From a virus (lineage: Duplodnaviria > Caudoviricetes), in IMG/VR virus record IMGVR_UViG_2925282926_000001, positions 32,001 to 96,000 of that record: DNA of 64,000 bases; one strand, 5' to 3'. Made by a program: the position numbers and the translations under genes. This document shows positions 37,801 through 46,995 of this stretch, in pieces. The notes under the pieces are model-generated. The model did no database searches and had not been told where the DNA came from. It was given only the letters and a program-made list of their open reading frames with translations. Position 1 is the first letter of the stretch, and every line of letters starts with the position of its first letter.

Positions 37801-39137
37801 CCCGTCAACTCTTCCGCAACCTTACGCACGGCCGGCGCAAACATTTCACCTACCGTAATTCCGACGCCTTCAAGCGCGGACTGCATTTCGTCAATGGCGC
37901 CTTTTAGCGTATCCATTTGGATCTCCGCGATCTCTTGCGCCGTACCTCCCGCGTTTAGTAGCGAGTTCGTGAACGAATCAAACGAAGCCTGCCCGTTATT
38001 GATCAGCGTTAATAGGCCCGAAGTTGACTCGACGCCCGCGATCATACCGGCCGCCTGTACTTGTTGCGCTTCGGTCAAATTCGCAAATGAGCGTTCCAAC
38101 TGTCCGATTATGTTGCCGAGTGGGAGGAGGTTACCGGCCGCATCTGCTACGGTTATTCCGAGCTGTTCCATTGCGTATTGCGCCTGTTTCGGCGGCTTAA
38201 CTAAACGAAGCAAGATCATACGTAGCTGCGTACCGGCCATTTCGCCCTGAATACCGGCGTTTGACAGAATGCCGACCGCTGCCGCTGTCTCTTCGATAGA
38301 TGTGCTCAAGGATGCCGCGACAGGTGCGACGTATTTCATCGCGTATCCAAGTTGCTCAATATTCGTATTAGAGCTCGTCATCGCTTTTGCCATAACGTCA
38401 ACTACGCGGCCCGTTTCGCCAGCTTCGAGTTGAAACCCCGTTAATATGTTCGATGCGATATCCGCAGTCCTTGCGATTTCCATCTGGCCCGCCGCTGCGA
38501 GGTTCAATACGCCAGGCATCGCGCTCATAATTTGTTCCGTCTTAAATCCGGCCATAGCGAGAAATCCCTGAGCATCCGCCGCTTGTGACGCGGTAAATAC
38601 CGTTGTCTCACCGAGTTCTAGCGCCTGGTTACGTAAGTTTGCGAACTCATCCGCAGTTGCTCCGGAAATCGCCTTTACCTTCGCCATCGACTGTTCGAAC
38701 GTAGCCGCCGTCTGTACCGCTTTTGTTATTACTCCAGCCATCGCAACGGATAGCGCGGCATACGCAACGCCGAGCGCTTTGACTTCGCCACTTACGCGGT
38801 TAGTTGAGTTTGCGTTCTTCTCTAATTCCTGCGTAACCTTGTCGATCTCCGCGCTACTTGCTCCGAGCCGCTTCATTTCCTCACGTACGGCTTCGAGTTG
38901 CTTGCGTAGTAATTCCGGATTGGCTTTCCGCAGGCTTGCGTTAATCTTCTCGATCTGTTTTGACGACGCGCCGACTTCGGACAAGCGAGAGTTTAGCGCC
39001 CCAAACGATGCGGACGCGGCCTTTCCGGAGTCACCGAGCTCGCGCGCCTTCGACTTCGCCTTATCAATCGCTTGGTTATATCCGTTGACATCTGCGGTAA
39101 TAACCGCGCGTATTCCTCCGACATCTACTGTAGTAAT
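34872..39137 (-). CDS. Tail tape measure protein (TP901 family), probable ATT start
   Basis: FEQSMAKVKAISGAT, GIQGEMAGT; SD GAGGTG lies 6 nt before the in-frame ATT. Confidence 0.93.
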   Translation of the reverse strand: MTTVDVGGIRAVITADVNGYNQAIDKAKSKARELGDSGKAASASFGALNSRLSEVGASSKQIEKINASLRKANPELLRKQLEAVREEMKRLGASSAEIDKVTQELEKNANSTNRVSGEVKALGVAYAALSVAMAGVITKAVQTAATFEQSMAKVKAISGATADEFANLRNQALELGETTVFTASQAADAQGFLAMAGFKTEQIMSAMPGVLNLAAAGQMEIARTADIASNILTGFQLEAGETGRVVDVMAKAMTSSNTNIEQLGYAMKYVAPVAASLSTSIEETAAAVGILSNAGIQGEMAGTQLRMILLRLVKPPKQAQYAMEQLGITVADAAGNLLPLGNIIGQLERSFANLTEAQQVQAAGMIAGVESTSGLLTLINNGQASFDSFTNSLLNAGGTAQEIAEIQMDTLKGAIDEMQSALEGVGITVGEMFAPAVRKVAEELTGLLLGFNNLNPAMQASIVTFATVTPLILGAIVAIRALSVALKALVVTNPILLAISVTLGIVAAGISALVSSNNSAAEAARKHDEAQKSLNQTLNQSPMERTIKDVELLQEKTEDLNTALDERANLQQRLSEIESLQEQGLGTPALLTEMLEINDQLSEMDNKLRTMGYDGIEDATSKLGEMNDAINESTPALLAMKEAEIADIAAKYRQVESMEALLERFKTLSSAQTLDDAQKQELINTTEALRKQYPDLNAKMDESGRIRGQNIDVIEDHIAAERSFIDQSAAAANAYIDNLQAMANANKASIEAQISNLESLAKAMSAVAGVQSAPFKKSVTAVGGFSVNKSFETFASGGAEEQLSGLYDQQVKAQQAALEVARAKESLKSGSAYAKANPTGKFSAVKEKTPKSKKAASSKAKKEKSAAEVAQDLRDKAYNADLASIRYQAEMYDWSAEQQIKAYEKLRKAHAQHLKETVEDARTLNLQLKRLQEDSVKSRYDFSMTWIDKEERRMEDSGKSEVAIAEMKISALTRVRDRYKKDSDEYKDVDEALYKARKDLVKANEQAVADAYSASEKWIGKEERRMETAGKSELEITQMKIDAWTRVRDRHKKDSEYYEKAEDQLYNLRKKLVSETEKIADQLLKTEKTNIDAALKADLAAIDERKKAYIAEVDEKIAAIDRLLAKEAEYNSDADWETQRAEKLARIDLLSSAVGPEGIQEREDLIKEVERMELEHDRELRKRELESQKQALQDAKDERSSAFDDEKTEAQRQYDNLKDAFENHADDVKFIESAISEFRKNANAEANATILTSLDSFVTEYNAKMATLSAGPSGVGASSDLTEYNANKDAWAAAKSKGDSAEMARLTARNEELRKLYGIDKDTGKLQQFKVGGVVQGASGSAVPVIAHAGEMILNDAQIGNLFRMIAAGPSDTTAAPTQVVNHIDMSVNDVTLTDRADTETLYNERARVAQRLQTQGVKTR

Positions 39138-39152
39138 CGTTATCACCTCTCG

Positions 39153-39512
39153 TTAATGGCCGCGCAATTGTCTCCGCATCGCCTCGAATCCTGATTCGTC
39201 AAATTCCGCCTTACTTGCGCCATTCATGCCGGCGCGCTCCCGCAAACCTCCGACCAGCTTCTTCATGTCATCGCCTGTCGCATGCTGAACGGATAAGGAT
39301 GTAAGCCAATCCTCCGCTTCGACTTTGCGTTTAGCTTCCAGCGCGGTAAATAAGTCCATGACGAAATAGCCCGATTCGAACTCGACCTGCGTTTTGCCGA
39401 GACGAACCGCGCACTCTATGAAAAACTCGTCTATCGTTACTCGGCGTTCACTGCGTCCGGAGTCGGTATGCCGCTCAAGCCCGCCAGACTCAGGACGCCC
39501 CGTCCGTTTTTT
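39153..39512 (-). CDS. -1 frameshift extension of the tail assembly chaperone (gpGT-like)
   Basis: A AAA AAC at 39512-39506; -1 frame runs open into ORF 39153-39359. Confidence 0.75.
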   Translation of the reverse strand, partial: KKRTGRPESGGLERHTDSGRSERRVTIDEFFIECAVRLGKTQVEFESGYFVMDLFTALEAKRKVEAEDWLTSLSVQHATGDDMKKLVGGLRERAGMNGASKAEFDESGFEAMRRQLRGH

Positions 39513-39832
39513 AACAGATCACCGAAATTGTTAGCCTTTGCTACCGCGCCATAGAACGCAACTAGTTCGTCAATTGACGCGTTTTGTTCGATGTACTCCT
39601 CGTCAATGCCCGTCAGGACGGCCGTCACGCGCACGATATCGTCAAAGGATTCGCGGATAGCTGCAACGAAATAAGCCGCCTTGTCTCCGGGAGCAGCGGT
39701 CATTACACTCACGATGAGTTGCGGTACTGCGTGGATGCTATCGAAAAGGTCGCGCCACTGTGCAATCGTGATCTTGCGCGGCGTTACCGTCTTACCGCCG
39801 ATCTTGTATTTGTTCGCGCCAATTAGTCGCAA
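39437..39832 (-). CDS. Tail assembly chaperone
   Basis: Between major tail and TMP genes; LLKN slippery site. Confidence 0.8.
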   Translation of the reverse strand: MRLIGANKYKIGGKTVTPRKITIAQWRDLFDSIHAVPQLIVSVMTAAPGDKAAYFVAAIRESFDDIVRVTAVLTGIDEEYIEQNASIDELVAFYGAVAKANNFGDLLKNGRGVLSLAGLSGIPTPDAVNAE

Positions 39833-39898
39833 TATTATCGCCTCCGTTAATTTTAAAAAGACGACTCCGAAGAGCCGTCCCGTATATTTGTCGCGGTA

Positions 39899-40429
39899 TT
39901 AAGGTGTGGCTGTAATAGAGCTGTCTCCCAGAATCGCGACTACTCCGTCTTCGTCTGGAGTTGAGCGGAGCGTAACGTTTGTGATCCGCTCATTATCGTT
40001 ATCGTACGCGTAAGACAGGTCCGTCTCAGAGTACGCAAGCGGCATCGTCACCCAGTAATTCGGGTCATTACGCTTAGCCAGCGGCTTGATTACGGCTTTC
40101 TTCGCGGTATCGATCAAGTTCATGCCGACGCCGGTCATGATTTCGATCTTGGAATCCGTACCATCCGTTACTACTGCCGCGCCCGTCATGATCTTCGGAA
40201 TAACGGACAACTCGTACTCCGCGAACGGAATCGTTACGCTGACATTACGTCCAGTAATCCGCTTGCCGACTACGGTCTCGCCCGTTTGGTCCGTCAGTTG
40301 ATCACGGTACGTTGTCTCAGTCGTGAAAGATACGCCGCCGATCGTAGTTTCAAACGTAATCATGTCTACGCCGGTACCGTACTCAACGATTGCAGGACCG
40401 AGTTCAATCTTCGAAAAATCTTGTGCCAT
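39899..40429 (-). CDS. Major tail (tube) protein
   Basis: IELGPAIV...TIGGV...DQTGET; size and synteny. Confidence 0.8.
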   Translation of the reverse strand: MAQDFSKIELGPAIVEYGTGVDMITFETTIGGVSFTTETTYRDQLTDQTGETVVGKRITGRNVSVTIPFAEYELSVIPKIMTGAAVVTDGTDSKIEIMTGVGMNLIDTAKKAVIKPLAKRNDPNYWVTMPLAYSETDLSYAYDNDNERITNVTLRSTPDEDGVVAILGDSSITATP

Positions 40430-40484
40430 TTATACGTCCTCCTCGATTTTGGACAACGCAAAAAGGCCGCCCACTAGGACCGCC

Positions 40485-40859
40485 TTAGATTGTTGTCAAT
40501 GTGAAATTAAGTGAAAACATCGTGCGCTCATTCGTGTCTTTGCCTAGATAGATAGGAGATGACTGATTGGCGCGGCATTTAACTATGCGAATAGCTCCGA
40601 AGTTAAATTCGCTCTTACTCGCCAGATCATCGAATATCGCGTCTGCTATTTGCGTAGCCTTAGCCGGTGACTTGGCGCGCACTAATACCTGAAACGCCGG
40701 CCTTCGTTTACTCGTCCATTCGCTTGGTTCATATCCGCCGCTCATACGCACGTAGGCGCAGTCGTCCGGATTGCCTGCTGCAAACTCGTTAGCTACGTAG
40801 GTAAATGGCACCGATACGCGCAAATATGAGGTAATGTCCGGTATCCCAAGGGTCGCCAT
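40485..40859 (-). CDS. Tail terminator / minor capsid family protein
   Basis: PAFQVLVRA...PIYLGKDTNERTMFSLNF. Confidence 0.75.
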   Translation of the reverse strand: MATLGIPDITSYLRVSVPFTYVANEFAAGNPDDCAYVRMSGGYEPSEWTSKRRPAFQVLVRAKSPAKATQIADAIFDDLASKSEFNFGAIRIVKCRANQSSPIYLGKDTNERTMFSLNFTLTTI

Positions 40860-41263
40860 TACTTCGCCAGCCCCTTCCGTATCGCGTCCGCAATCAGGCG
40901 CTGATATAGCGACGCGTTTTGCGTTAACGGATCTTCGAGGTACTTCGGCTTCGTTCCGGGCGTAGTCGGATTCTGATAACCGCTCATTTCGTGAACAATC
41001 AACGCATAGTTAACGCGTCCTCCTCCAGTGCCTTTCTCGACTGCGGAAAAGTAAACCTCCCCGCGTACACCGGTCGCATTCGCAGTAACCCGTTTACCTG
41101 ACGTTTCCCTCAGCGTACCTTTATCTAGCGGTGCCTCATCGCGCGACTCCGCAAGCAGCGCGTCTGTTGCATCGTGCATCCCAAGGACAGCCGCCGCCTG
41201 TACGTTTGCTTTCGAAAAGTCCATCGCCTTAAAAAATCCGTCCATATCGAACTCGATCGACAT
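40859..41263 (-). CDS. HK97 gp10-like neck protein
   Basis: APLDKGTLRET, YALIVHE, KYLEDP. Confidence 0.8.
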   Translation of the reverse strand: MSIEFDMDGFFKAMDFSKANVQAAAVLGMHDATDALLAESRDEAPLDKGTLRETSGKRVTANATGVRGEVYFSAVEKGTGGGRVNYALIVHEMSGYQNPTTPGTKPKYLEDPLTQNASLYQRLIADAIRKGLAK

Positions 41264-41583
41264 TACACGTTCACCTCCGTCAATATCGGCTTACCGTTGA
41301 TCCACCGCTTTACGCTTATCGATATGGGTGTGTACGTTATCGTCCGCATATTTTCGTCTGTGTACGTGAGTCTGTCCGAGATACTAATGCGTGGCAGCCT
41401 ATCGAAGAGGAACGAGCCTATGCTAGCAACTTCCTCTCCGCGCAGGTTACGAACAAGATTGACGCCTTCGGAAAAGCGGCATTTCATTGCGTAATCGTCT
41501 CCGTAGATAGGCTCGTTGTAATCCGGATCATTACCGAGAAAGGGCGACACAATAACGGTTTGTTTGAGTTGAATAAACCCCAT
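41263..41583 (-). CDS. Head closure protein
   Basis: Synteny; TAATG coupling gives the start at 41583. Confidence 0.7.
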   Translation of the reverse strand: MGFIQLKQTVIVSPFLGNDPDYNEPIYGDDYAMKCRFSEGVNLVRNLRGEEVASIGSFLFDRLPRISISDRLTYTDENMRTITYTPISISVKRWINGKPILTEVNV

Positions 41584-41969
41584 TACAACGTCACCCACTT
41601 CGCGGTTTTACGGCCGATCTTAACGCCGTTCTCCGCGCCAATAATATCGAGAGCTGCGTCAGGTATCCACGCTTCCTCTCCGTTCTTTGACCAGTCCTTA
41701 AACGTAAAGTTAGCGACACCGGTTACTCCGAATGACGCTACACCTTGTTGCTGCAGGCGGTTCGTATCGTTAAATGCCGTTGCGAGTGCGTTAGCAAATT
41801 CGTATACGGCTGCGTCAGGTATCGTATACTTCGGATATTTGTTCGTTAGCACGAAGGAAGCGCGCGTAACAATTCGTTGTTTTTTCGCGTCTTCTGCTTC
41901 CGCCCAATCTTCAATATCGATGCAATTCGCGTTGATATACTCATTTGCGTCGTCTACCGTAATTGCCAT
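41583..41969 (-). CDS. Head-tail adaptor
   Basis: TVDDANEY...W...QQGVASF. Confidence 0.7.
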   Translation of the reverse strand: MAITVDDANEYINANCIDIEDWAEAEDAKKQRIVTRASFVLTNKYPKYTIPDAAVYEFANALATAFNDTNRLQQQGVASFGVTGVANFTFKDWSKNGEEAWIPDAALDIIGAENGVKIGRKTAKWVTL

Positions 41970-41984
41970 CCGTTACACCTCCGT

Positions 41985-42224
41985 TTATTTTGCGGAGGAC
42001 GCAGCGTTAGCTTTGCGCTTAGCCGGAGCTTTAGCGGGTTTGTCTTCCGCATCCACTTCGTCTACTTGCGCAGGTTCCTCCGTATCTGGTTCAGCGTCAG
42101 ATAAGCGGTTAAGTACCGTCACTTCTTCCGCAGTCTTTGCTTCGTATGCGCCACCGGAAAACTTGCGCTCTACGCCGTTAACGTAAAACGCGAGTTCCAG
42201 ATAGCGCGATTTATACTTTGCCAT
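41985..42224 (-). CDS. Small hypothetical protein after capsid
   Basis: SD GGAGG. Confidence 0.65.
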   Translation of the reverse strand: MAKYKSRYLELAFYVNGVERKFSGGAYEAKTAEEVTVLNRLSDAEPDTEEPAQVDEVDAEDKPAKAPAKRKANAASSAK

Positions 42225-42284
42225 CGTAAAACCTCCGTATTTAACGGGAGCTCCCGAAAGAACTCCCGGTTATTTGCGGTCGGC

Positions 42285-43376
42285 TTACGCCAAACCTTTG
42301 ATGCGTGCGTGTGCTTGTTCTTGGTGCAATTCGAACGTGTACTCTCCGACGATCATACCTTGGTAGTAGTCGCCTTTTTTGCCGAGGTACTCGTGTTGGA
42401 AGTCACGGCCGTTCAGGTTACGGATGCTCGCGCGGTTTTTATCGACGATGAATACTTCGTTGGCCGCGAGGTTGTCGTTAATGGACACCGGGAACTCACC
42501 GAAGTCGGTAGTCAGTTGTGATACAACGGTACCGCGACGTTTGTCCGCTTGGTCGATGCGGATCTTATCGTCTCCGAACGAGGAAACTACGCGTTTTTGT
42601 TTCGCAGGAACGACGATTTCGTACATGCCGCCTGTTGCGAATCCACCTTTCGTATAAATCGCTTGCAGGCTATCGTTGACCATGTCCAGACTCAGCGCCG
42701 CACCTGCCGCGTCCTTAACGTTGGTATTGATCAAGCTACGTAGACCGGCCATTTGGCGAACGTTTCCGTTCTCATACTTGATACCGTTGATCAGCGCTTT
42801 TTCCAGTTGCAACGCGAGTTCCAACTGTTTCTTCGATTGCTCGTACGTGTACATGTCGGAAATACCGTAGTTAGCGACTGCTGCGGCTGTACCTGTGATC
42901 TCCACAGTATCCGTAAAGATTTGCGTCAGGTTCGACTTGCGCTCTCTACGCTTGAATCGCGCGTCGATTGCGTCGCGACCTTCTACGGATTCCGTGAACT
43001 GGAACTCGATTACGTCGCCAGTTACTCCGGCTGCTGCGGTAGTACCTGCGTATCCGCGCGTTACAGTCAACGTTTTAGTACCCGTGTTGATCGCGGTAAC
43101 TTTCAGCAGCTCATCGCCGAGTTTTACTACGTCGTTAACGCGGAAAGGCTCTACGGACGCGACAACGACTGCTGTTGCGCTGTTTGCAATGTCCGCTGTG
43201 ATTGTGGACTCCGTCGAGAACATTGCGTCCTCATACCAGTTGTGTTCAACCTGGCTAACGGCACCGGCGAATCCGAGCATTGCCAACATTGGCGTTTGGT
43301 GTGGGTTGAGTAGCAAAATCTCTTCTGTTACGGATTCCGGTTTACCGATCAGGTCTACGTTAAAAATCTTAGTCAT
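42285..43376 (-). CDS. Major capsid protein (DUF5309/SU10-like) with inserted beta domain
   Basis: PHQTP, NLTQIFTDTVEITGT, LEKALING, KKGDYYQGMIVGEYT. Confidence 0.88.
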   Translation of the reverse strand: MTKIFNVDLIGKPESVTEEILLLNPHQTPMLAMLGFAGAVSQVEHNWYEDAMFSTESTITADIANSATAVVVASVEPFRVNDVVKLGDELLKVTAINTGTKTLTVTRGYAGTTAAAGVTGDVIEFQFTESVEGRDAIDARFKRRERKSNLTQIFTDTVEITGTAAAVANYGISDMYTYEQSKKQLELALQLEKALINGIKYENGNVRQMAGLRSLINTNVKDAAGAALSLDMVNDSLQAIYTKGGFATGGMYEIVVPAKQKRVVSSFGDDKIRIDQADKRRGTVVSQLTTDFGEFPVSINDNLAANEVFIVDKNRASIRNLNGRDFQHEYLGKKGDYYQGMIVGEYTFELHQEQAHARIKGLA

Positions 43377-43442
43377 TGTTTAGTTCCTCCGTTTATGTGG
43401 GTTTTTGAGTAAACAAAAAGGCTGCCCAGTTTTGGACAGCCC

Positions 43443-44132
43443 TTAGCTCAGTTCTCTTTTTAATTGTGTAAACTTAGCGATTACTTCTGGTGTTGGATTC
43501 TCGCTGGCCTTTGCTTTGGCTTCCGCCAGGATCTGCTCTTTTGTCTTCAAAGGTTTTGCTTCGCCTCCGGACGGCGCTCCGATTGTTAACGGTTCGACCG
43601 GTGCCTGTTCGACCATGTACGGATTATCTTCGATCAGCGCCTTAACCGCGTCCTGTAGCCCTTTTACGTTGCCGTCACCGTCTACTTCTACCGCGGATAG
43701 ATCGACGAGTTTCAGCGCAGATTTAACGGCTTCCGGACGAAGTTTAAGCTCGCGGGCAACATCCCGGAACTCCGCTTTGATAAGGCGCTGGTTAGCGGCT
43801 GACATCGCGTCTTCCTTCGCTTTCTCGGCTTCTGCTGCGCGTTCTAACGCTTGAGTCCGTTCAGCTTCGGCTCTCTCTGTTGCGGACATCTCCGCTTTTT
43901 GCCGTTCTTCCTCCGCGCTCTTTAACTTGGCGAGCTCGGCCTTCAAATCGTCGTAGTCTCCGTACTTCTTGCGTTCTCTCGCAAGGCGCTCCGTCACTGT
44001 CCGGTCCATATCCTCCTGCGTAAATGTCTTCGGTGGCTGCGGATCAGCCTGCGGGTCTTGCGGAGTTGGTTCCGGATTCGGGTCTTCATCTGCGAAAAGT
44101 TGCAAGTTCATCGGATACTTAACGTTTGTCAT
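43443..44132 (-). CDS. Capsid scaffolding protein
   Basis: MNLQLFA (Prp-cleavage-type motif), KTFTQED...RLARE. Confidence 0.88.
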   Translation of the reverse strand: MTNVKYPMNLQLFADEDPNPEPTPQDPQADPQPPKTFTQEDMDRTVTERLARERKKYGDYDDLKAELAKLKSAEEERQKAEMSATERAEAERTQALERAAEAEKAKEDAMSAANQRLIKAEFRDVARELKLRPEAVKSALKLVDLSAVEVDGDGNVKGLQDAVKALIEDNPYMVEQAPVEPLTIGAPSGGEAKPLKTKEQILAEAKAKASENPTPEVIAKFTQLKRELS

Positions 44133-44210
44133 ATTGTTTCCTCCCGCGTTTTAGCGCCGCGTAGCGCATAGTATCCGTCAGTTTAGCGACTTATCGTAGG
44201 TCGTGTTGCG

Positions 44211-44891
44211 TTAATTGCTCCATAAATCGATCTTGACTTGCGATGCGACCAACGTCTTAGCTGCGGCAGCGCTTGTAGTGAGCCGCGCAATACACTGTAA
44301 GTCCCCGTCGGTAAACGAGTCGGTTACGTCCGCAAGGGCTCCGACCTGGTCGTCATTTTGTACGTAGACATAAACGCGCCTACCGGTTGACGTTGCGTAC
44401 TGCTGTCCGGTAAAGAGGCGGACCGTCAAATTCTTGCGGTTCTGTCCTTCGTCTCCCGCCGTGTTAACCGTGAAAAATACCATCTTCGTAGGGTAATCAG
44501 TATAGGTCCCGTCCGCTTTGTATGCGCGGATAATGCCACTCGGCTGATTGACGTTGTGGAAAAACGTTATCCCCGCCTTGCTGTCCGCGCTCTTAATACC
44601 TATCTGCGCCGATATCTGGATGTTCCCGTTAAACTGCAGACCTTCGATTGTGTACGCAATTTCAGTAAACTGCGTACTATTGAACACTGCCGTCGATTTT
44701 AACTCTACGGAACTGCCTGCGGTTGCGGCCGTCGTCAGGCGAAGTAGCCCACGACCTGGTGGCGGCTCAAATGCCGGAGTTCCTACGGTTGTCAGCCACG
44801 CCGGCAGCGTGCCGTCTAAAAAGTCAGCGCAGAGTTGTTTGTGTATCTTACCGCTCGGTATCTCTTTACCGTCTAGTCCGCGATGTAACAT
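44211..44891 (-). CDS. Beta-rich (lectin/ConA-like?) protein; homolog of 18502-19236 (226 aa)
   Basis: True start MLHRGLDG at the TAATG overlap; shared motifs with the prophage 1 protein. Confidence 0.75.
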   Translation of the reverse strand: MLHRGLDGKEIPSGKIHKQLCADFLDGTLPAWLTTVGTPAFEPPPGRGLLRLTTAATAGSSVELKSTAVFNSTQFTEIAYTIEGLQFNGNIQISAQIGIKSADSKAGITFFHNVNQPSGIIRAYKADGTYTDYPTKMVFFTVNTAGDEGQNRKNLTVRLFTGQQYATSTGRRVYVYVQNDDQVGALADVTDSFTDGDLQCIARLTTSAAAAKTLVASQVKIDLWSN

Positions 44892-45898
44892 TACGCCACC
44901 TCCGTATGAACAAGTCCGACATTGTTGTCCGTGTTGTAGTAGACGTAGATGTTTCCGTCCAATACGGATACCATCATCGATTGCATATTCGTCGTCTCCC
45001 ACGGTAAAGTCGGAAATGGAACGAGATCTATCGGACGGTGAAGGAGCTGCCGCAAATCAGGACTTATGCGTGCAATGGCCGGACGGGCTACGGTTGTGAC
45101 TCCGCCAGAAGCATACGCGGACATCATTCCGATCCACCACATTTGTCCGCGATACATGAAGAGTCCGGCGTTAGAGCGTGAGAAATTCTCACCGTAGGAT
45201 AGCGTTGCGTCATTACCGCCGAGCATAGCGCGAGGATCAGAGTACCAAAACTTTCCGTCGTTTGAGTACGATATCGCTTTACGGCCATAATCTCCGCCGC
45301 CCATAACGCTGTATCCGACCCACTTTTCCGCGAACTTGAATACGGCAAAGTAACCGGTGTGTCCGTCTCCTGGGTAGCCATCCGGTTTGTCGAGTACGAT
45401 TCCTATCCGCGTCCACGTCAACATATCGGGAGAGGTCGCAAGTAGCGTAGACTGGTTGATTCCTGCTCCTGATTGCTGATAGTACATATAAAACAGCCGT
45501 TCTTTTTCGTTGTAAATTACGAACGGTGTCTCGGTCGAATCTCCCACAACGGTATCAACGTAAATCTCACCGTAGTTCTTGAACGGACCTTTCGGATCGT
45601 CTGCGTAAGCAAGTCCGATACCGCCCCGCGCATTATGGTTAGTAGAGAACGTCGCGTAGTACTTGCCGAGTGCATTCGGGATCAGTCCGTCGACTTTAAT
45701 TACGCGGAACCAATATATACTTGGCTTCCCGGACATCGCCGCAGTAAATATCGGTTGTCCGTTCAGCTTCGTAAACTTCGGCGCGTACGACTCAACTTGC
45801 GCACCAAATCCGTATGGCGCTACGCCATCATTCGCTCTCTTAGCGGTGAGGGCCGCCTTTCTTGCGCTATTCCTTGCGATCGTGTCACGTCCGGCCAT
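44891..45898 (-). CDS. Five-bladed beta-propeller glycoside hydrolase-like protein; homolog of 19240-20244
   Basis: Long identical blocks such as STNHNARGGIGLAYA, PGDGHTGYFAVF, SAYASGGVTTVARPAIA. Confidence 0.75.
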   Translation of the reverse strand: MAGRDTIARNSARKAALTAKRANDGVAPYGFGAQVESYAPKFTKLNGQPIFTAAMSGKPSIYWFRVIKVDGLIPNALGKYYATFSTNHNARGGIGLAYADDPKGPFKNYGEIYVDTVVGDSTETPFVIYNEKERLFYMYYQQSGAGINQSTLLATSPDMLTWTRIGIVLDKPDGYPGDGHTGYFAVFKFAEKWVGYSVMGGGDYGRKAISYSNDGKFWYSDPRAMLGGNDATLSYGENFSRSNAGLFMYRGQMWWIGMMSAYASGGVTTVARPAIARISPDLRQLLHRPIDLVPFPTLPWETTNMQSMMVSVLDGNIYVYYNTDNNVGLVHTEVA

Positions 45899-46152
45899 TA
45901 GCCGACACCTCCCGGAATAACGCGAACATAACCTCGGTAGGCTGAATTTCCGCTAATAGAAAGCGTTGTGAACGGATCAACGCGCTCATCCAATGCGTCC
46001 CCGCCTTTTACTACTGTTACAAACTTTCCGGCTGTCACGGTAATGTCCGCTGTCCCATCGTTAAAGACAACGATGTAATTTGCGGTGTTCTTGATTGGTA
46101 CGTTCGCCGTCCCCGTTCCTGAAAACGGGTCTCTTGCGATTGGGTCCGCCAT
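45898..46152 (-). CDS. 84-aa beta protein heading the cassette (spike-base-like?)
   Basis: VFNDGTADITVT, beta-rich; SD GGAGG; lies in the head module. Confidence 0.65.
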   Translation of the reverse strand: MADPIARDPFSGTGTANVPIKNTANYIVVFNDGTADITVTAGKFVTVVKGGDALDERVDPFTTLSISGNSAYRGYVRVIPGGVG

Positions 46153-46995
46153 CTAAATTCCTCCTCCGATATTTTCCGGATTGCGGACCGGAGTCAGTAC
46201 GTGACGGCAACGTGGGTGAAATATTTCGCGACGAGGTAGGAAGCCTACGTAAGGATACTCTCCGGGAGCATCCGGTATTAACTTAACGATGCGTCCTTCC
46301 CATTGAGCACACGCATCGTTCGCGCCATGGCTTGATATCCTGGCGTAATATGCTTCGCGTCCGATCGCTTCGTTTATCGTTGCGTCTCGGTGCGCGGAAT
46401 TCAGTTTAGTTCGCGTCACGGTATCGACGTATACTTCCGGCTTCCAGCGCCGTCCAGCCGCGTCAATAATGCCGGTGTCTGTCGCACTGCCTAGAGTCTT
46501 ACGGATGCCTGCGAGCGTGTCCGCATTAATCGTACGGCGCCCGTTAATGCCTGACGCCATATTAGCGCGAAAAGATTCCGCAGTTGCTTGGCGGACGGCT
46601 TGACGAACTCGGCGGTCGATGTTTTGGGTTACCGCAAGTAAATCCGCCTGAGTATCCGCAATCGCCGACGCAACAAGTTCACGATTGATTCGATTAAACT
46701 TAACGATTTTCTCCGCCTCGACTACCGTCTTAGCAACGCCGAGTTCAACGATTGCCCGCGTTACTCCGTCTATTGCTGCCTTCGGAATGTGCTCCGCAAC
46801 CCAGGCGGCCGACTCCGCGTTTAGTTCACGCAAAATAACCGCAACCTCAGCGAGGGCGGCCTTTGCGTTTGCGCGTGATATATCGGATATGTCTAAGCGT
46901 GATAGCTCCGTTGCGATGGCGAGGATTCCGCGTTTGTATGCGTCGACGAGGCGGGCGATGTCGCGGTCGTAATTCGGATCTGGTAGGATCGCCAT
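46153..46995 (-). CDS. Minor capsid / head morphogenesis protein (SPP1 gp7-like)
   Basis: DAAGRRW, ISSHGA...C..W.G, FHPRCRH. Confidence 0.88.
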   Translation of the reverse strand: MAILPDPNYDRDIARLVDAYKRGILAIATELSRLDISDISRANAKAALAEVAVILRELNAESAAWVAEHIPKAAIDGVTRAIVELGVAKTVVEAEKIVKFNRINRELVASAIADTQADLLAVTQNIDRRVRQAVRQATAESFRANMASGINGRRTINADTLAGIRKTLGSATDTGIIDAAGRRWKPEVYVDTVTRTKLNSAHRDATINEAIGREAYYARISSHGANDACAQWEGRIVKLIPDAPGEYPYVGFLPRREIFHPRCRHVLTPVRNPENIGGGI

